Source: Lingula anatina
Lineage: Eukaryota > Animalia > Brachiopoda
Length of the DNA: 64,000 bases
Direction of reading: 5' to 3'
Assembly: GCA_051362555.1 (NCBI GenBank)
Contig: CM120642.1
Span: 13,454,001-13,518,000 of the forward strand
Under the pieces are notes generated by a model. It was not told the origin of the DNA. It made no database searches and saw only the letters and a list, made by a program, of their open reading frames with translations. Shown here one piece after another: positions 11,691-24,500 of the stretch (positions within the stretch are counted from its first letter, which is position 1; every line of letters begins with the position of its first letter). The position numbers and the translations under genes were made by a program.

Positions 11691-12726
11691 ACTTCCCGGT
11701 CTGTCCGATTGACAGACGTAGGAGGTTTTTCCTCAGCCGCCCGATTCCTTCCGCTGTTTACCTTGGCTGATGCTAAAGCTAAGAATAACGCGCAATGGGC
11801 GGAACCAAATTAACCCGCCGCAACTGGTATGATAACGTACGGTAGGACAACGTGATTTTATGAAAAAAGTTTAATTTGTTGGGGCTATTCATTAAATCAT
11901 CTGATGGTATCTTTAATTACCTGTCATCAAATGGATGGATCAAATCGATACGATATCAAATCGAAACTTAAAATAGCGTATACTTATACGGGATTGGCGA
12001 CAAGGGGGGGGGGGGGGGGGGGGGTAGCACTATAGCGAAGGTAGCCTACTATGGTGTACTTAAAAGGATAACAACGAAAATAATTTCTTGGGGTAAATGA
12101 CAATCTGCTGGGTCATATACTATATGTACATTTATTCATTCAGGCAGCCCGTAGGAATGGAAAAGGCGGCCCAACTTTAATGAAATCGTGACTTAAGAGA
12201 AACAAACTGATCAACTGGTCATTGTGTAAAGGCAATTCGATATCTGACTATTCAGCCATGGCAATGGTCTGTTTCAGAATAAAAAAAGTTGATTTTTAAG
12301 AAATGTAACACATTTGAATTTAGATATTTGTCTCTCAAATTAAACATCTTGTAAAAAATTTTAAAAGTGCACGTGTGCACTTGAAAAAACACTATAATTT
12401 GGAAAAAAATTTACAACACACGATTAACCAATTGTTTTGCTGTGCTTTATGACGTCACGACCAACTATAATCTTGATTCTTATCTATTCGATCTGTCTAT
12501 CGATGTTTTTTTTTATTCATAAATATCATAACAGGTATTTTTTTATTTTTACTCGGAATCTTGTTGTTATTCAACGAATAATAAAACATTGCTTTGTTTT
12601 CAATTAATTTTATAATTTCTAATTTATTTTTGTGACGCTTTGATGGTTATAGGCAGCGCATCTGTTACGTCACACTTGTCACTATAGTCGCCATTTAGTA
12701 TCTAAGTGATATTGCAAAGCAGCAAG
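11691..12726. promoter_or_regulatory. Divergent intergenic region of ~1 kb, candidate bidirectional promoter
   Basis: Lies between ATG 11690 (-) and ATG 12727 (+). CpG-richer at 11690-11850 with GGGCGG and CGGAA cores; poly-G at ~12004-12024; perfect CRE palindrome TGACGTCA at 12450-12457 and TTACGTCA at 12665-12672. Confidence 0.45.
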
Positions 12727-13843
12727 ATGAGTTGTCTATGCTTTTGTTTTAAAAGTCTGAAGTCAATGCGAGTAGATGATGGAACGATTAATTGTATATA
12801 TGAAAAACAGCCTACAAGACGCAGAGAAGATGAAGACATTGTCTTGGATTCAGACATTTTTCGCGCTGTGCCAAGAAACGGAGAGGTCCCGCTGCGCAAG
12901 TTCAAGCGGCCCATGAGAGAGTTCGAAACTGGGTGTGGTCATCCAGTGCAGCAGGTGGACCCCAAAGCCACACTTCATTCGACACCCCCAAGGAATGAAG
13001 TTATTCCAGATCGCATGGGGCCCACGGAAAAAGCGACAAGGGAAAATGTTCCGTCTAACTCAACTTTACCTGCGTCTTCAAGCTTGGAGCCCAAAGCAAC
13101 TGGTGCCGAACTAGCTAAGTTACTTCTTGGTGCTAAAAACACCAGTGTAAAAGAGGATCTGAATATGCCGTGTACGACTACGACGTCGAAAAACTCAAAG
13201 TTTGCGACACCTAATACCAAGGAACATAATTATCAAGCGAGCGGTCAGCCAAATGCACCAAACTTGACCAACACACTGCCATCAAGTTTTCCAGAGTTAC
13301 CACCCGCCTCAAATACCCAGAAACCGCTAGCAGACCTGCAAAAGGAGCTAACAGCAGATATAAGCAAATTACTGGAATCGGCTCCATTCCAATCAGCCCG
13401 GCCAAAAATTAAGAAGCCGAAAAACCTTTCGTCCATTTTCGACACAGCGACTGCTCCTACACAGGTATACCATTTACCAGATGGACACTCTCATGAAGTC
13501 CACGTAAGTCCTTATGAATTTGAGCGGCCGACCAAGCCAAAGAAAACGACGAAGCAGCATTTGAAAAATATCAAGAAGAACCTCTTTCAGTTCAACCCTC
13601 TTCCTAGTGGAAAGAAGAAAGACCGGTTAGAAGACGGCATGGTCTTCGCAGAGTACCCTCGGTTTCAAATGCCAAAACTGACGCCAGAGATGTACGAGGC
13701 AATTTGCCCAGCATTACCCGGTGCTGTCCCCGAGACTGTGAAATGTTCCCTTGTGAAACCAGAGCTTCATAATTCCTGTCAGGTCATAAGGTATGCAACT
13801 TACGCTAATGCAAATTAATTGCTTTAGTCTTGTAAATAGATTT

Positions 13844-13896
<53 letters not shown>

Positions 13897-14717
13897 TTTA
13901 GTTCGTTTGCACATGAAGGTATCCTTTGGTGTACAGTGTATTCCTATTATGAACATATATTTTGTTTGTAGGCCTAGTTTTATCAATGTCAAGTAAAAAG
14001 TTTTAATGATTTTTTCTCCGTGAGGATATAGACGAATGTACAGTTAAGAAAGATACTTTAATTTCAGTAATGAGTCTGGCTTTAGATCAGAAAAAAAGTT
14101 GACTGAGCCCCTCGAGCCCCAGCGTTCGCCTACTGCTAGCATAACCGATGAACCTGATGAAATGAGTAGTTCCTTTTTTAGGTAAACCTTATTTTCCAAT
14201 GATCTTTTTCCATTTTTAAATAATAATTCTGATTAATGACAAAATAATTGGTGTTTGAATATTTTCCTACTTTTTCTTCTTATCATGAGCTATTATTAAT
14301 ATTATTATTATTATCATTATTATTCATCACACAAAATATCCTCATGCTCACAAAAATCACATAAACACCAGTTATGTATGATTGTTTTTGGTATTTTCCA
14401 GACCTCGGCCTAGTGAGAAAGTGCCACAGGCAAGTCACTTTAATGTGACCATGCCGAACTGTCCCCAGTACGACCAGGGCCTCAGCCTGGCACCGTACCT
14501 GCCGAGAGCTCCCAGATCCGAGACACCCCGCGCTGAGACACTAACCCGTCCTAGCTCCCCCAAGCGACCCAAGTTTCGATTTCCTTGGCAAAAGAAAAGA
14601 GGCGTGGTCCCACTTCAAGTCAATCCCAGTGAAAAGCCTGCAGAAGCTGCGAAACCCAAACGCCGCAGACCACAAACCCCTTTCTGGAGAAAGAGAAGGG
14701 ATGACACAAGTTCATAG
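12727..14717 (+). CDS. Uncharacterised two-exon Pro/Lys/Ser/Thr-rich protein, ~459 aa (exons 12727-13790 and 14402-14717)
   Basis: Long GC-richer ORF from ATG 12727. Donor AAG|GTATGC at 13791 (phase 2) and acceptor tattttccag| at 14401 join in frame to the 14382-14717 ORF, giving 1380 nt ending TAG. AATAAA at 15063. No recognised domain. Confidence 0.78.
13844..13895. repeat. (TAC)n microsatellite in intron
   Basis: Direct reading, about 17 units. Confidence 0.92.
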
Positions 14718-14847
14718 ACACACTGGAATTGGCATTATGACATAACGCCTTGCACTCCATGATTTGGCAGCCAGGAGGTTGAATGTGCAACCCGTGTGTT
14801 GTACTTGCGTGCGTGTCCACCAAAGTGCATGCATGTGCTGGCGTACA

Positions 14848-14851
<4 letters not shown>

Positions 14852-14893
<42 letters not shown>
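14852..14893. repeat. (TA)n microsatellite in the putative 3' UTR
   Basis: Direct reading. Confidence 0.92.
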
Positions 14894-14897
<4 letters not shown>

Positions 14898-15519
14898 TAT
14901 TCCCGTGCGAGTGCCGTCTTGCGTGTGCCTGCACAAGAAAAATCACATGTAAAATAACATGTAAATCTGAATCTGAATCAAGCTGTATATATCTCGTCAA
15001 GTGACCGGGACTTAATTTGGACGAAGTAAAATATAATTTTAGATGTTTGATTTATTGAATAAGAATAAAACATGTATATATAGAAATAAAATTATGAGAT
15101 GGAATAATATTTGTTTGTTTTTTTTTCACAACTTCGTTCGTACTATTTTGCTGCTACACCTCGTTTGTGTAGAAAGCATGTTCACCCAACACATTACAGT
15201 CATCCATTCAACGAAAATATTGTGCCGGTCTTGTTGAAAGAGGGACCTGCATGATATTGTAAAGCTGACACAATTCTTAAGTTGGCTACTTTGGGTTTAT
15301 CTTGAACGGGAGTAGATCAAGCTTTGGAATAAAAATGAAGACCAGTTTTTGAGATCAAGTGCTTTGTCACAGTTTTGTGATGGCAGTTACTTTTTGCATG
15401 AATAGTAACTCCGGAGTAGACTTCCCTCTACCAGGGCGACAGATTGATTTTCCACAGATATTCACAGATATGTCTCTAAATAAACAGACAGTCATTTTGG
15501 CCTCAGCAAATATACTCCA

Positions 15520-18500
15520 AAGAGTGTTGTTAAGTTTTTTATTGACACAATTCATCACAAATGAATGAAAATACAAAAAAGGAACAGCACCAACTCTCAC
15601 TTGAGAGAAAATGCACATCAGCCTTAAAAGAGAAGCAAGATAACAAAACTCAACGAGCGTGACCTTAATAGGGCATATGAATCTTTATGTTCTAGCCTCA
15701 AAATGCAACCAAGGACGACCTGGAAACGGCTTGGATCCAAGAGTGAAGTCCATGTCCGGGTGGGGTCGATCGTCATCTTCATTGTCCTGTTAAAAGAAAT
15801 GAAAAACAAGATCAGATTTTTTCAATTTACCCATCCCACCACCCCCAAAAAAATAAAATTTACTAACCTTAGCTTGGATCAAAGAGTGAAGTCCATGTCC
15901 GGGTGTGGTCACTAGTCATCTTCTTTGTCCTGTAAAAAGAAATGAAAAACAAGATTAGATTCATTTAATTTACCCATCCCACCACCCCCAAAAAAGATAA
16001 AATTAACTAACCTTAGCTTGGATCCAAGACTGAAGTCCCTGTCTAGGTGGGGTCGCTCCTCATCTTCATTGTCCTGTAAAAAGAAATGAAAAACAAGGTT
16101 AGATTTATTCAATTTACCCATCCCACCACCCCCAAAAAATAAAATTTACTAACCTTAGCTTGGATCCAAGAGTGAAGTCCATGTCCGGGTGGGGTCGCTC
16201 GTTATCTTCATTGTCCTGTAAAAAGAAATGAAAAACAAGATTAGATTTATTCAATTTACCATCCCACCACCCCCCAAAAAAATAAAATTTACTAACCTTA
16301 GCTTGGATCCAAGAGTGAAGTCCATGTCTGGCTGGGGTCGCTCCTCATCTTCATTGTCCTGTAAAAAGAAATGAAAAACAAGATTAGATTTATTCAATTG
16401 AATCATCCCACCACCGCAAAAAAAAATTACTAACCTTAGCTTGGATCCCAGAGTGAAGTCCATGTCCGTTTGGGGTCGCTCGTCATCTTCATTGTCCTGT
16501 AAAAAGAAATGAGAAACAAGATTAGATTTTTTCAATATACCCATCCCACCACCCCCCCAAAAAATAAAATTTACTAACCTTATTTTGGATCCAAGAGTGA
16601 AGTCTATGTCTGGTTGGGGGCACTCGTCATCTTCATTGTCCTGTAAAAAGAAATGAAAAACAAGATAAGATTTATTCAATTTACCCATCCCACCACCCCA
16701 AAAAAATAAAATTTACTAACCTTAGCTTGGATCCAAGACTGAAGTCCCTGTCTGGGTGGGGTCGCTCCTCATCTTCTTTGTCCTGTAAAAATAAATGAAA
16801 AACAAGATTAGATTTTTTCAATTTACCCATCCCACCAACCCCAAAAAAGATAAAATTTACTAACATTAGCTTGGAACCAAGAGTGAAGTCCATGTCCGGG
16901 TGGGGTCGCTCGTCATCTTCATTGTCCTGTAAAAAGAAATGAAAAACAAGATTAGATTTATTCAATTTACCCATCCCACCACCCCAAAAAAATAAAATTT
17001 ACTAACCTTAGCTTGGATCCAAGAGTGAAGTCCATGTCCAGGTTGGGTCGCTTGTCATCTTCATTGTCCTAAAAAAGAAATGAAAAACAAGATTAGATTT
17101 ATTCAATTTACCCATCCCACCACCCCCAAAAAATCAAATTTACTAACCTTATTTTGGATCCAAGAGTGAAGTCCATGTCCGGGTGGGGTCGCTCCTCATC
17201 TTCATTGTCCTGTAAAAAGAAATGAAAAACAAGATTAGATTTATTCAATTGAACCATCCCCCACCCCCCCGCAAAAACAATAAAATTCACTAACCTTAGC
17301 TTGGATCCAAGAGTGAAGTCCATGTCCGGGTGGGGTCGCTCGTCATCTTCATTGTCCTGTAAAAAGAAATGAACAACAAGATTAGATTTATTCAATTTAC
17401 CCATCTCACCACCCCAAAAAATTAAATTTACTAACCTTAGCTTGGATCCAAGAGTGAAGTCCATGTCCGGGTGGGGTCGCTCGTCATCTTCATTGTCCTG
17501 TAAAAATAAATGAAAAACAAGATTAGATTTATTCAATTCAACCATCCCTCCCCCGCAAAAAAATAAAATTCACTAACCTTAGCTTGGATCCAAGAGTGAA
17601 GTCCATGTCCGGGTGGGGTCGCTCGTCATCTTCATTGTCCTGTAAAAAGAAATGAAAAACAAGATTAGATTTATTTAATTGAACCATCCCACCACCCCAA
17701 AGAAATAAAATTTACTAACCTTATTTTGGATCCAAGAGTGAAGTCCATGTCTGGTTGAGGGCGCTCGTCATCTTCATTGTCCTGTAAAAAGAAATGAAAA
17801 ACAAGATAAGATTTATTCAATTTACCCATGCCACAACCCCCAAAAAATAAAATTTACTAACCTTAGCTTGGATCCAAGACTGAAGTCCCTGTCTAGGTGG
17901 GGTCGCTCCTCATCTTCATTGTCCTGTAAAAATAAATGAAAAACAAGATTAGATTTTTTCAATTTACCCATCCCCCCAACCCCAAAAAAGATAAAATTTA
18001 CTAACATTAGCTTGGATCCAAGAGTGAAGTCCATGTCCGGGTGGGGTCGCTCGTCATCTTCATTGTCCTGTAAAAAGAAATGAAAAACAAGATTAGATTT
18101 ATACAATTGAATCATCCCACCCCAGTGAAAAAAAAATATTTACTAACCTTAGCTTAGATCCCAGAGTGAAGTCCATGTCCATTTGGGGTTGCTCGTCATC
18201 TTCATTGTCCTGTAAAAAGAAATGAAAAATAGGATTAGATTTTTTCAATTTACCCATCCCAGCACCCCCAAAAAATATAAAATTTACTAACCTTAGCTTG
18301 GATCCAAGAGTGAAGTCCATGTCTGGGTTGGGTCGCTCATCATCTTCATTGTCCTGTAAAAAGAAATGAAAAACAAGATTAGATTTATTCAATTTACCCA
18401 TCCCACCACCCCCAAAAAATCAAATTTACTAACCTTATTTTGGATCCAAGAGTGAAGTCCATGTCCAGGTGGGGTCGCTCGTCATCTTCATTGTCCTGTA

Positions 18501-21500
18501 AAAAGAAATGAAAAACAAGATTAGATTTATTCATTGAACCATCCCTCACCCGCAAAAAAAATAAAATTCACTAACCTTAGCTTGGATCCAAGAGTGAAGT
18601 CCATGTCCGGGTCGGGTCGCTCGTCATCTTCATTGTCCTGTAAAAAGAAATGAAAAACAAAATCAGATTTATTCAATTGAACCATCCCTCCACTGCAAAA
18701 AAAATAAAATTCACTAACCTTAGCTTGGATCCAAGAGTGAAGTCCCTGTCTGGGTGGGGTCGCTCCTCATCTTCTTTGTCCTGTAAAAATAAATGAAAAA
18801 CAAGATTAGATTTTTTCAATTTACCCATCCCACCACCCCAAAAAAATCAAATTTACTAACCTTAGCTTGGATCCAAGAGTGAAGTCCATGTCTAGGTTGG
18901 GTCTCTCGTCATCTTCCTTGTCCTAAAAAAGAAAAGAAAAACAAGATTAGATTTATTCAATTGAACCATCCCACCACCCCAAAGAAATACAATTTACTAA
19001 CCTTAGCTTGGATCCAAGAGTGAATTCCATGTCTGGGGGGGGTGATCGTCATCTTCTTTGTCCTGTAAAAAGAAATGAAAAACAAGATTAGATTTTTTTC
19101 AATTTACCCATCCCACCAACCCCAAAAAAGATAAAATTTACTAACCTTAGCTTGGATCCAAGAGTGAAGTCCATGTCCGGGTGGGGTCGCTCGTCATCTT
19201 CATTGTCCTGTAAAAAGAAATGAAAAACAAGATTAGATTTATTCAATTTACCTATCCCACCACCCCAAAAAAATAAAATTTACTAACCTTAGCTTGGATC
19301 CAAGAGTGAAGTCCATGTCCGGGTTGGGTCGCTCGTCATCTTCCTTGTCCTAAAAAAGAAATGAAAAACAAGATTAGATTTATTCAATTTACCCATCCCA
19401 CCACCCCCAAAAAAATCAAATTTACTAACCTTATTTTGGATCCAAGAGTGAAGTCCATGTCCGGGTGGGATCGCTCATCATCTTCATTGTCCTGTAAAAA
19501 GAAATGAAAAACAAGATTAGATTTATTCAATTGAAATATCACAACACATCAAAGAAATAAAATTTACTAACCTTAGCTTGGATCCAAGAGTGAAGTCCAT
19601 GCACGGGTGGGGTCGCTCGTCATCTTCATTGTCCTGTAAAAAGAAATGAAGAACAAGATTAGATTTATTCAATTTACCCATCCCACCACCGCAAAAAAAA
19701 TAAATTTTACTAACCTTAGCTTGGATCCAAGAGTGAAGTCCATGTCCGGGTGGGGTCGCTCGTCATCTTCATTGTCCTGTAAAAAGAAATGAACAACAAG
19801 ATTAGATTTATTCAATTTACCCATCTCACCACCCCAAAAAATTAAATTTACTAACCTTAGCTTGGATCCAAGAGTGAAGTCCATGTCCGGGTGGGGTCGC
19901 TCGTCATCTTCATTGTCCTGTAAAAATAAATGAAAAACAAGATTAGATTTATTCAATTCAACCATCCCTCCCCCGCAAAAAAATAAAATTCACTAACCTT
20001 AGCTTGGATCCAAGAGTGAAGTCCATGTCCGGGTGGGGTCGCTCGTCATCTTCATTGTCCTGTAAAAAGAAATGAAAAACAAGATTAGATTTATTTAATT
20101 GAACCATCCCACCACCCCAAAGAAATAAAATTTACTAACCTTATTTTGGATCCAAGAGTGAAGTCCATGTCTGGTTGAGGGCGCTCGTCATCTTCATTGT
20201 CCTGTAAAAAGAAATGGAAAACAAAATCAGATTTATTCAATTGAACCATCCCTCCACTGCAAAAAAAATAAAATTCACTAACCTTAGCTTGGATCCAAGA
20301 GTGAAGTCCCTGTCTGGGTGGGGTCGCTCCTCATCTTCTTTGTCCTGTAAAAATAAATGAAAAACAAGATTAGATTTTTTCAATTTACCCATCCCACCAC
20401 CCCAAAAAAATCAAATTTACTAACCTTAGCTTGGATCCAAGAGTGAAGTCCATGTCTAGGTTGGGTCTCTCGTCATCTTCCTTGTCCTAAAAAAGAAAAG
20501 AAAAACAAGATTAGATTTATTCAATTGAACCATCCCACCACCCCAAAGAAATACAATTTACTAACCTTAGCTTGGATCCAAGAGTGAATTCCATGTCTGG
20601 GGGGGGTGATCGTCATCTTCTTTGTCCTGTAAAAAGAAATGAAAAACAAGATTAGATTTTTTTCAATTTACCCATCCCACCAACCCCAAAAAAGATAAAA
20701 TTTACTAACCTTAGCTTGGATCCAAGAGTGAAGTCCATGTCCGGGTGGGGTCGCTCGTCATCTTCATTGTCCTGTAAAAAGAAATGAAAAACAAGATTAG
20801 ATTTATTCAATTTACCTATCCCACCACCCCAAAAAAATAAAATTTACTAACCTTAGCTTGGATCCAAGAGTGAAGTCCATGTCCGGGTTGGGTCGCTCGT
20901 CATCTTCCTTGTCCTAAAAAAGAAATGAAAAACAAGATTAGATTTATTCAATTTACCCATCCCACCACCCCCAAAAAAATCAAATTTACTAACCTTATTT
21001 TGGATCCAAGAGTGAAGTCCATGTCCGGGTTGGATCGCTCATCATCTTCATTGTCCTGTAAAAAGAAATGAAAAACAAGATTAGATTTATTCAATTGAAA
21101 TATCACACCACATCAAAGAAATAAAATTTACTAACCTTAGCTTGGATCCAAGAGTGAAGTCCATGCACGGGTGGGGTCGCTCGTCATCTTCATTGTCCTG
21201 TAAAAAGAAATGAAGAACAAGATTAGATTTATTCAATTTACCCATCCCACCACCGCAAAAAAAATAAATTTTACTAACCTTAGCTTGGATCCAAGAGTGA
21301 AGTCCATGTCCGGGTGGGGTCGCTCGTCATCTTCATTGTCCTGTAAAAAGAAATGAACAACAAGATTAGATTTATTCAATTTACCCATCTCACCACCCCA
21401 AAAAATTAAATTTACTAACCTTAGCTTGGATCCAAGAGTGAAGTCCATGTCCGGGTGGGGTCGCTCGTCATCTTCATTGTCCTGTAAAAAGAAATGAAAA

Positions 21501-24500
21501 ACAAGATTAGATTTATTCAATTCAACCATCCCTCCCCCGCAAAAAAATAAAATTCACTAACCTTAGCTTGGATCCAAGAGTGAAGTCCATGTCCGGGTGG
21601 GGTCGCTCGTCATCTTCATTGTCCTGTAAAAAGAAATGAAAAACAAGATTAGATTTATTTAATTGAACCATCCCACCACCCCAAAGAAATAAAATTTACT
21701 AACCTTATTTTGGATCCAAGAGTGAAGTCCATGTCTGGTTGAGGGCGCTCGTCATCTTCATTGTCCTGTAAAAAGAAATGAAAAACAAGATAAGATTTAT
21801 TCAATTTACCCATGCCACAACCCCCAAAAAATAAAATTTACTAACCTTAGCTTGGATCCAAGACTGAAGTCCCTGTCTAGGTGGGGTCGCTCCTCATCTT
21901 CATTGTCCTGTAAAAATAAATGAAAAACAAGATTAGATTTTTTTCAATTTACCCATCCCCCCAACCCCAAAAAAGATAAAATTTACTAACATTAGCTTGG
22001 ATCCAAGAGTGAAGTCCATGTCCGGGTGGGGTCGCTCGTCATCTTCATTGTCCTGTAAAAAGAAATGAAAAACAAGATTAGATTTATACAATTGAATCAT
22101 CCCACCCCAGTGAAAAAAAAATATTTACTAACCTTAGCTTAGATCCCAGAGTGAAGTCCATGTCCATTTGGGGTTGCTCGTCATCTTCATTGTCCTGTAA
22201 AAAGAAATGAAAAATAGGATTAGATTTTTTCAATTTACCCATCCCAGCACCCCCAAAAAATATAAAATTTACTAACCTTAGCTTGGATCCAAGAGTGAAG
22301 TCCATGTCTGGGTTGGGTCGCTCATCATCTTCATTGTCCTGTAAAAAGAAATGAAAAACAAGATTAGATTTATTCAATTTACCCATCCCACCACCCCCAA
22401 AAAATCAAATTTACTAACCTTATTTTGGATCCAAGAGTGAAGTCCATGTCCGGGTGGGGTCGCTCGTCATCTTCATTGTCCTGTAAAAAGAAATGAAAAA
22501 CAAGATTAGATTTATTCATTGAACCATCCCTCACCCGCAAAAAAAATAAAATTCACTAACCTTAGCTTGGATCCAAGAGTGAAGTCCATGTCCGGGTCGG
22601 GTCGCTCGTCATCTTCATTATCCTGTAAAAAGAAATGAAAAACAAAATCAGATTTATTCAATTGAACCATCCCTCCACTGCAAAAAAAATAAAATTCACT
22701 AACCTTAGCTTGGATCCAAGAGTGAAGTCCCTGTCTGGGTGGGGTCGCTCCTCATCTTCTTTGTCCTGTAAAAATAAATGAAAAACAAGATTAGATTTTT
22801 TCAATTTACCCATCCCACCACCCCAAAAAAATCAAATTTACTAACCTTAGCTTGGATCCAAGAGTGAAGTCCATGTCTAGGTTGGGTCTCTCGTCATCTT
22901 CCTTGTCCTAAAAAAGAAAAGAAAAACAAGATTAGATTTATTCAATTGAACCATCCCACCACCCCAAAGAAATACAATTTACTAACCTTAGCTTGGATCC
23001 AAGAGTGAATTCCATGTCTGGGTGGGGTCGATCGTCATCTTCTTTGTCCTGTAAAAAGAAATGAAAAACAAGATTAGATTTTTTTCAATTTACCCATCCC
23101 ACCAACCCCAAAAAAGATAAAATTTACTAACCTTAGCTTGGATCCAAGAGTGAAGTCCATGTCCGGGTGGGGTCGCTCGTCATCTTCATTGTCCTGTAAA
23201 AAGAAATGAAAAACAAGATTAGATTTATTCAATTTACCTATCCCACCACCCCAAAAAAATAAAATTTACTAACCTTAGCTTGGATCCAAGAGTGAAGTCC
23301 ATGTCCGGGTTGGGTCGCTCGTCATCTTCCTTGTCCTAAAAAAGAAATGAAAAACAGGATTAGATTTATTCAATTTACCCATCCAACCACCGCAAAAAAA
23401 ATAAAATTTACTAACCTTATTTTGGATCCAAGAGTGAAGTCCTTGTCCGGGTGGGGTCGCTCCTCATCTTCATTGTCCTGTAAAAAGAAATGAAAAACAA
23501 GGTTAGATTTATTCAATTGAACCATCCCTCCCCCGCAATGAAATAAAATTCACTAACCTTAGCTTGAATCCAAGAGTGAAGTCCATGTCCGGGTGGGGTC
23601 GCTCGTCATCTTCTTTGTCCTGTAAAAAGAAATGAACAACAAGATTAGATTTATTCAATTTACCCATCTCACCACCCCAAAAAATTAAATTTACTAACCT
23701 TAACTTGGATCCAAGAGTGAAGTCCATGTCCGGGTGGGGTCGCTCGTCATCTTCATTGTCCTGTAAAAATAAATGAAAAACAAGATTAGATTTATTCAAT
23801 TCAACCATCCCTCCCCCGCAAAAAAATAAAATTCACTAACCTTAGCTTGGATCCAAGAGTGAAGTCCATGTCCGGGTGGGGTCGCTCGTCATCTTCATTG
23901 TCCTGTAAAAATAAATGAAAAACAAGATTAGATTTATTCAATTCAACCATCCCTCCCCCGCAAAAAAATAAAATTCACTAACCTTAGCTTGGATCCAAGA
24001 GTGAAGTCCATGTCCGGGTGGGGTCGCTCGTCATCTTCATTGTCCTGTAAAAAGAAATGAAAAATAGGATTAGATTTTTTCAATTTACCCATCCCAGCAC
24101 CCCCAAAAAATATAAAATTTACTAACCTTAGCTTGGATCCAAGAGTGAAGTCCATGTCCGGGTGGGGTCGCTCGTCATCTTCATTGTCCTGTAAAAAGAA
24201 ATGAAAAACAAGATTAGATTTATTCAATTGAACCATCCCACCACCCCAAAGAAATAAAATTTACTAACCTTATTTTGGATCCAAGAGTGAAGTCCATGTC
24301 TGGTTGAGGGCGCTCGTCATCTTCATTGTCCTGTAAAAAGAAATGAAAAACAAGATAAGATTTATTCAATTTACCCATGCCACAACCCCCAAAAAATAAA
24401 ATTTACTAACCTTAGCTTGGATCCAAGACTGAAGTCCCTGTCTAGGTGGGGTCGCTCCTCATCTTCATTGTCCTGTAAAAATAAATGAAAAACAAGATTA

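Noticed and set aside
12706-13818. ORF-track call of a single-exon 370-aa protein starting at GTG 12706
   Set aside because: The first ATG is at 12727, and a good donor at 13791 joins in phase to a second coding exon.
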